Assembly: GCA_964424305.1 (NCBI GenBank)
Contig: CAYRHW010000007.1
Location: 1-53,763, forward strand
DNA from: an uncultured Candidatus Saccharibacteria bacterium
Lineage (GTDB): Bacteria > Patescibacteriota > Minisyncoccia > Minisyncoccales > Staskawiczbacteraceae
Direction: 5' to 3'
Length of the DNA stretch: 53,763 nucleotides
The translations under genes were made by a program, and so were the position numbers. Position 1 is the stretch's first letter, and each line of letters opens with the position of its first letter. Shown one piece after another: positions 48,471 through 53,763 of the stretch. The notes below the pieces were generated by a model. It was not told the DNA's origin and searched no databases. It saw nothing but the letters and a program-made list of their open reading frames with translations.

Positions 48471-50060
48471 TTATGTGAAAATTCTTTTATCTCGGCTTGC
48501 TATAAGCCTTTTTTTCATTATCTCATTCCGACAGAAAACATCTAGGTTGTATAGGAAAACTCGGTAGGGTTTTTGTTCCCTGAGTATCTGCTGAATGTCC
48601 CAAGACTCAAAGGGGCATGCGACAGAAAATGGGATCACTCTACCCTTGGTTAAAACATTAAAGTTCGAAGAAGAATTTCCCGAAGGATTTGGATGTACGT
48701 CCAAACAAGTCATAGTCCCCCGCTCCTTCTGGGCTATTTGTCTTTCAAACCGTAATGCTTCCTCCGCCGTTTCAAATAATTCTACTCTCGGGTTCTCGTT
48801 GCCAACCATTTCCCCAACCACGTACTCTGGGACACCCAATGCCTGAGAAAGAAGGGCAAAAAGCTGATGGTCCTGCATTTCCAGCAGGTTATCTTTTGTT
48901 AGAATCCCGTCTTCGTACAAGAAACGAGCAATTTGCGTCAGGTACCCAGCTTCGGCAAACCTTGCAGCAGCATTAAAATACAGCGCCTTAAACATTAGAG
49001 CCCGAATTCGTAAAAAATCAGCCAACCTCTCGGCGTCCGTAAGGACCAACTGCCCGTCGACAACCCTAGCGCATTCCCATACCGAACATGGGGAGGGGTT
49101 AGCATTAAGAAGCGAGATCATTCGGTCGTAAATCATCGGAAAATTGAGCCAAAAATCTTCTCCTCTGCGATTTTTGCAAATAAACATCCACAAATCCCGC
49201 CCTGTATATGATATCTTATCCGCTAAATCAAGGATCCTACCCAGGAGACCCTTTCCCAAAACGGTATCGACCATTTTTTGTTCAGAAAGTCCGTAACGAT
49301 CACGAAAGTTCTCCCACCCAGGGCGACGAAAAACTTCCCGATAATTAGCGTCTTCATCCAAGCCGATTGGGTCAATCCGCTTAATCGCGTCTCCACCGGC
49401 TGGAGTCATCACGTCGTGAGTGAAGCCACATATTTTCAATGTAGCTAAGTCATTCTTTGAAAGTTGGCAATTAGTTCCGATTAAAACACTAACGGCGCAT
49501 GTATCCAAAGAGTGTTCAAACCGAGTATTCCTAAACGGTTGTGGGCACACTTTAATTGGGCTATCATTGACCGTTGGATCCGTTAAACCAGAAAGCTGCC
49601 TAATGCCAGAAAGTCTTGGAACTCCAAATATTCTGCTTATATCAAAAACATCTTCATCCTCTAGAACCACGTAACCAAACCCCGCATAGGGAAGCTGGGG
49701 AACAATTACATATTGATCGAAAGATTGTCCATGAATAGCGAGTTGGAACTCAAGGAAACGGACGAACTCTCTGGGAATGCGTGAAAGCCACTCCGGAGAG
49801 GATCCTGTGTCCCTAATTCTTACATACACATCGACAAGCACCTGCACGTGCGCCATCGATCGGAACATACTGGTCTCAGCATCGCCAGAAATTTCATTAA
49901 TCCCGAATCCATTAAGATATGACTTAAACCATTCCTGGGATCCAAGCCATTCACCAAAAACATGGATGCTCTCGTTATCAAAATCTTTTGATCTAAAGAA
50001 TATCAAATCCCCAACCCTGACAGAGCAGGGATTTATGTCTAACGATCTTAGGATAATCAT
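48471..50060 (-). CDS. HD-domain phosphohydrolase, SAMHD1/dGTPase-like
   Basis: RLSGIRQLS, TRFEHS, HD, DLADKISY, LY; SD GGAAGGAG. Confidence 0.88.
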   Translation of the reverse strand: MIILRSLDINPCSVRVGDLIFFRSKDFDNESIHVFGEWLGSQEWFKSYLNGFGINEISGDAETSMFRSMAHVQVLVDVYVRIRDTGSSPEWLSRIPREFVRFLEFQLAIHGQSFDQYVIVPQLPYAGFGYVVLEDEDVFDISRIFGVPRLSGIRQLSGLTDPTVNDSPIKVCPQPFRNTRFEHSLDTCAVSVLIGTNCQLSKNDLATLKICGFTHDVMTPAGGDAIKRIDPIGLDEDANYREVFRRPGWENFRDRYGLSEQKMVDTVLGKGLLGRILDLADKISYTGRDLWMFICKNRRGEDFWLNFPMIYDRMISLLNANPSPCSVWECARVVDGQLVLTDAERLADFLRIRALMFKALYFNAAARFAEAGYLTQIARFLYEDGILTKDNLLEMQDHQLFALLSQALGVPEYVVGEMVGNENPRVELFETAEEALRFERQIAQKERGTMTCLDVHPNPSGNSSSNFNVLTKGRVIPFSVACPFESWDIQQILREQKPYRVFLYNLDVFCRNEIMKKRLIASRDKRIFT

Positions 50061-50300
50061 CTCTGCTCCTTCCTGTGTTGTCTGTTGTATTTCAAAGGAC
50101 TTTCAATGTTAGATGCGCACACTAAACATTACAACACTATTCAGAAAAATCAAGTTGATTAGATTAACACAGATTCCATCACGCCACGCCTAGCCCCATC
50201 TAGCTAAAGACCGCTTTAGCTAAAAAGTGGTTTTTTGAAAATGCGCTTCCCTGGAATTGATATTTGCATAGATAAGTATTACATTTAAATAGATTATATT

Positions 50301-51200
50301 ATGAATGAAGGATCACGAGCAGAAGAAAACTCGCCAGAAATTAGAATGGATATAAGGGGAGAAGACATCCATCCCGAAATACCAGAAAATGGAGGGACGG
50401 TTTTGGTTTTACAGAGAAATGCAAGAGACGATAGAAGCGATCCTAGTTCCCCAGAGTATGGTGCTTTGGTGCCAGAAGCCGCAGAAGAGGCAGAGAAAAC
50501 GGCAGAAAATTTCTTTAATGAAATTTTTGACGACCTTAGCGAAGACGAAAAAGGAAAAGTCGCTATAATTGTTTTTGCTAGCGATGCGGCCCTTACTACG
50601 CCCTCTGGCGCAAACAGCCTTCATAAAAGAGCCTTTGAAACGGGAGAAAGGGTTTTGGGGGGAATAAAAGAATCAATGGCTCGGAACGGTATCTCGCCAA
50701 AGCAGTTGCTCAATAACTCTCCCTCGGGTAAGGGCGAACCAGTCGGAGCGACTGGCTTGGTGGATCTAACAATGTTTAAAGAATCTCCAGCGTTCGTTAA
50801 ACATATGCTTGAAAAGTACGGGCCTGATAAGGAATTTTGGCTGGAATATGAAGACGACACCGAGATAGACGCAAGAGAGAAATTGGGAGCCGAAGGACCA
50901 GTCGAGATAGCAATTAGGATGCGAGAGGCACTAACGCGTTTAACTCAGGATGTTGCTACAAGCTACCACAAATCCAATCCCGACTCGTTATTATATATCT
51001 GGGCAGTCAGTCATTATGATTCCATAAGCCCCTGGCTAAAGGGGTATGTTTACCAAGCAGACCCTACAAAGCTATATGCACCCGTAGAACAGGGTGGCGG
51101 CATAACCATAAAGATTGATAAAGAAAATAAAAGCGCCGAAACTACAATCGGCGGCGAAACCTTCAAAATTCCCTCTCTTTTGGCTAAGCCTAAAAAATAA
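50301..51200 (+). CDS. Histidine-phosphatase-fold protein lacking the catalytic His
   Basis: LVLQRNA (RHG-like), RAFET, AVSHYD. Confidence 0.6.
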   Translation: MNEGSRAEENSPEIRMDIRGEDIHPEIPENGGTVLVLQRNARDDRSDPSSPEYGALVPEAAEEAEKTAENFFNEIFDDLSEDEKGKVAIIVFASDAALTTPSGANSLHKRAFETGERVLGGIKESMARNGISPKQLLNNSPSGKGEPVGATGLVDLTMFKESPAFVKHMLEKYGPDKEFWLEYEDDTEIDAREKLGAEGPVEIAIRMREALTRLTQDVATSYHKSNPDSLLYIWAVSHYDSISPWLKGYVYQADPTKLYAPVEQGGGITIKIDKENKSAETTIGGETFKIPSLLAKPKK

Positions 51201-51764
51201 CTATTTTTCCGAAGCCGTTAAGTAATTGACGGCTTTTTCGATAGAATCGAATTTTGGTACTCCCTTTTTTCTCCAAGCTAATATTTGTTTTCGATGTGCC
51301 TTAAGTTGAGCTAATGATTTTGGGTCAGACTTGGCTCCTCCATCATAGTTTAATTCCCTCTTTTTTATGAGATTAACATGCGCCTTCCATTTCGGGATAA
51401 CAATGGCGTCGGGCTTAAGCCAATTGCACGAAGCCCCCATCATCCAAAACCCCAATTTGCGAGCTTGCAGAGTGATTATGTCACATTGTTGATCCACTTG
51501 ATCTATCAATTCTACTTTTTCCCACCATGCCCCTTTCGGCATTGCTTTTGCCCAACGCCAAAGACGGTCAGCGTCAATCCAATTTTGCTTTCCCTCCTTC
51601 TGATTTTTACAAAAGTATGTTTTGCCAGAACCAGATGGTGCAAACACAAAAAAACCTTTTTTGTGAGATATATACTCCTCCGCTAATTTTTTATAAAATT
51701 CGGTTCCATCTGTAAATATAAGCGGCGTCTCTGGATCTAATAAATTATCTTGGTCTTGAAGCAT
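51201..51764 (-). CDS. Small P-loop NTPase, nucleoside/nucleotide-kinase-like
   Basis: APSGSGKT, WIDAD, KKR lid. Confidence 0.75.
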   Translation of the reverse strand: MLQDQDNLLDPETPLIFTDGTEFYKKLAEEYISHKKGFFVFAPSGSGKTYFCKNQKEGKQNWIDADRLWRWAKAMPKGAWWEKVELIDQVDQQCDIITLQARKLGFWMMGASCNWLKPDAIVIPKWKAHVNLIKKRELNYDGGAKSDPKSLAQLKAHRKQILAWRKKGVPKFDSIEKAVNYLTASEK

Positions 51765-51768
51765 ACTT

Positions 51769-52323
51769 TTATTTTTTAATATTATTGGTCAACTCCTTTT
51801 TTATTTGTAAATACTCTAAACGAACGTCGTCAGCCCTCTTTAGCATCGCCTCCTTGTCCCAGATATATGGGTTATAATCATCACCCTCTATTACTCTATC
51901 AATTTCAGCAGGTTTTAAGAAACTCTCTGTTACCACTTCAATTGATCTTCCATCATCTGTAATCGCATTGCCGTACGCCCTCTCCTGGCATCCAAAATCT
52001 ACTAGTTCCCAATTTTCAACAAGCTCCAACTCCTCTGGGGTAATATACCAGATGGTCCCATAAGCCACCCCCTTGGGATTTGGTCTTGACGTGAACATCT
52101 CAAATTCTGTTCCCCATCCGCTTAAAATGAGATCCTTCGCAGATTTTGTAGGGTTTGGACTAGTTAGAGGAATTTCATTCCTGAATTGGCTAGCCTTTTG
52201 AATTGTGATTTCATAACCAATAAGCTTGGCGTGCTCCCCCTTTATACTCTTGCGACCTATCATGTGCTCCATCATCTCTGGGTCGCGATTAGTTCCAAAA
52301 CCAAAATAGTTTATTGTTTCCAT
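51769..52323 (-). CDS. Gamma-glutamylcyclotransferase (AIG2-like) family protein
   Basis: YFGFGTN, AKLIGY, AYGTIW.ITPEEL..V..WE. Confidence 0.75.
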   Translation of the reverse strand: METINYFGFGTNRDPEMMEHMIGRKSIKGEHAKLIGYEITIQKASQFRNEIPLTSPNPTKSAKDLILSGWGTEFEMFTSRPNPKGVAYGTIWYITPEELELVENWELVDFGCQERAYGNAITDDGRSIEVVTESFLKPAEIDRVIEGDDYNPYIWDKEAMLKRADDVRLEYLQIKKELTNNIKK

Positions 52324-52457
52324 GTTTATTATTTTACCACAGAGCAAAGACTGACTAAATAGTAACTTTATTTCTGGAATGCTTTATCCCTTGGAAAATG
52401 ACCCTATCTCAGAAGTGATAAAAAAACAGACACTTTTTAGGTGTCTGTTCTCTAAAG

Positions 52458-52533
52458 CGCCGCCTGTGGGATTTGAACCCACGGTCTTCTCGTTGAGAAC
52501 GAGACGTCCTAAGCCGGGCTAGACGAAGGCGGC
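52458..52533 (-). tRNA. tRNA-Glu(CTC)
   Basis: Acceptor GCCGCCT/AGGCGGC, anticodon arm TCTCG-TTCTCAA-CGAGA, T-arm GTGGG-TTCAAAT-CCCAC; terminator downstream at about 52420-52450. Confidence 0.97.
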
Positions 52534-52541
52534 ATATATAA

Positions 52542-53210
52542 TTAATTTTCAGATAAAGCTAGAACAAACCCCTTAAGCCTGCAAAGATTTTTCGTGTCAC
52601 AGATTCTAATTCTTAGTGTTCCTTTATAAAGAACATTATGCATCTTTCCAGTACTACTTTTCGGTGGTTTCACATAAACCTTATTAAATTGAGAGAGTGG
52701 AACCCCAGCAAGAGAAGACCAATAGTTTAAAGCCTCTTCTTTGTTTAGTCCTGGGTGCAAAATTAATCCACATTTAAATTTACTTTCCTCAATATTTAAT
52801 ATCTCCCGGAAAAATCTCATCATTAGCAGTATGGCTGCTGGGTCAGAATTGACAAACTCAATCGCGTTTCTTTCTCTCTTGCTTCCTTCCCCCCAAAACA
52901 GAGCGGACCCAGCAATAGTTAAATCTCTCTTATCTATTTTACCAATTTCTTTTTTACCCTCCAAAATAGTCCTACGTGCATTCTCAATTGCTTCCTGGTG
53001 TTTTCTTTCATTATATCTGATAAATTTTACCTGCCCCTTCAGTTTCTCATTTAATATTCTTTTTTCTTGTTCATTGGTGAGGGCGATATCCTCCACCCAC
53101 CTACTTATCGTCCCCTTAGCCAAAAATGGAAACTTTGTCAAAATCTCTTTAAAAGTACGGCCATCGCCCCTAAGTTCTCTTACATTTTTTCTAACGGCCG
53201 GTTCATACAT
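52542..53210 (-). CDS. HTH plus LAGLIDADG-like protein
   Basis: N-terminal LR..G.T..EI...KGTISRW; GSALFWGEGSK, FVNSD, YWS...GVP..QF. Confidence 0.8.
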   Translation of the reverse strand: MYEPAVRKNVRELRGDGRTFKEILTKFPFLAKGTISRWVEDIALTNEQEKRILNEKLKGQVKFIRYNERKHQEAIENARRTILEGKKEIGKIDKRDLTIAGSALFWGEGSKRERNAIEFVNSDPAAILLMMRFFREILNIEESKFKCGLILHPGLNKEEALNYWSSLAGVPLSQFNKVYVKPPKSSTGKMHNVLYKGTLRIRICDTKNLCRLKGFVLALSEN

Positions 53211-53297
53211 GTTTTTTTAATTTATCATAATAATTTCCTTTTGTCGATAAAAGAAAACCACCCTTGGGGGGTGGTATTTTGTAAAAAGGCCTAAGCC

Positions 53298-53474
53298 CTA
53301 GCACATGTCAAGCTTGTCGCCCTTGATAATCGGCAGAAAACCGCCGTGTACCTCAGAACAATACATCGGAGGAGTCTCTTCGCCCAGACCACTCCAATTA
53401 TTCCGGATCTTTCTCCTTGGTCTTCTCGGTCTCAAAATCCGACTCTTCCTACGTGTCCTTCTGCTTCTCAGCAT
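53298..53474 (-). CDS. Arg-rich small protein (58 aa, not in the ORF track)
   Basis: MLRSRRTRRKSRILRPRRPRRKIRNNWSGLGEETPPMYCSEVHGGFLPIIKGDKLDMC; SD AGGAAGGAG; terminator at about 53249-53280. Confidence 0.7.
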   Translation of the reverse strand: MLRSRRTRRKSRILRPRRPRRKIRNNWSGLGEETPPMYCSEVHGGFLPIIKGDKLDMC

Positions 53475-53535
53475 GGCACAACTCCTTCCTTGGTTTCCCG
53501 ACGTTTAGAATTGTTAACGAGCCGCTTTGACCAAC

Positions 53536-53666
53536 AAAAAGCCGATCCTTTAGAGATCGGCTGAGTTTTCACTATTGTCCTCTTATTCTTTAAAAACTCA
53601 GCCCATCTCTTGATCGGCAGATTTAATAATGACTACGAATAAGCTGTTTGTTATTGCTCTTTGCAT
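53536..53666 (-). promoter_or_regulatory. Leader-peptide transcription attenuator
   Basis: Leader MQRAITNSLFVVIIKSADQEMG (53598-53666); mutually exclusive 16/17-bp antiterminator and GCCGATC/GATCGGC-T5 terminator. Confidence 0.7.
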
Positions 53667-53763
53667 CGTATTACAGTGATGACGCGGTAGAACTTAATCT
53701 ATTACACATCGTATTAAATCATCTAAAATCTGACTATACGGGTATCAGTTAAATCATCGGATT

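Noticed and set aside
50201-50236. Overlapping alternative hairpins suggesting a riboswitch or attenuator
   Set aside because: No recognisable aptamer or leader peptide, and a separate promoter-like sequence lies between it and the next gene.

Overview
An AT-rich, gene-dense bacterial chromosome segment. Gene content and style point to a Patescibacteria/CPR genome, probably Parcubacteria (inference): mostly SD-less core genes, free-standing LAGLIDADG-like genes, an AspRS apparently lacking the GAD domain, a VirD4/DUF87-type ATPase and a giant NHL surface protein. Core content includes a peptidoglycan/tRNA-synthetase block (gltX, murG, ftsW, murD, murI, mraY, dac, aspS, tyrS, murC), pyrG, pyrB, purB, rplI, rpmA, rplU, efp, prmC, rlmE, rmuC, transporters and three tRNAs (Lys-TTT partial, Ala-GGC, Glu-CTC). 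Mixed in are GC-richer, self-contained units with their own promoter, Shine-Dalgarno site and terminator. The most interesting signals are: (1) an intact Xer-type tyrosine recombinase, a catalytically dead truncated paralogue and a LAGLIDADG gene, with three exact intergenic copies of a dif-half-site-like 13-mer (TGTCGCACAATAT) that bracket the recombinase pair as inverted repeats and a cargo gene as direct repeats; (2) a four-segment attenuator with a Val/Ile leader peptide upstream of an unannotated 58-aa Arg-rich protein; (3) a boxA-like motif in the 5' leaders of the SD-led genes; (4) non-canonical EF-P and bL27 tips; (5) a SAMHD1-like HD protein cluster next to tRNA-Glu. All protein family calls come from reading motifs by eye; no database searches were run.
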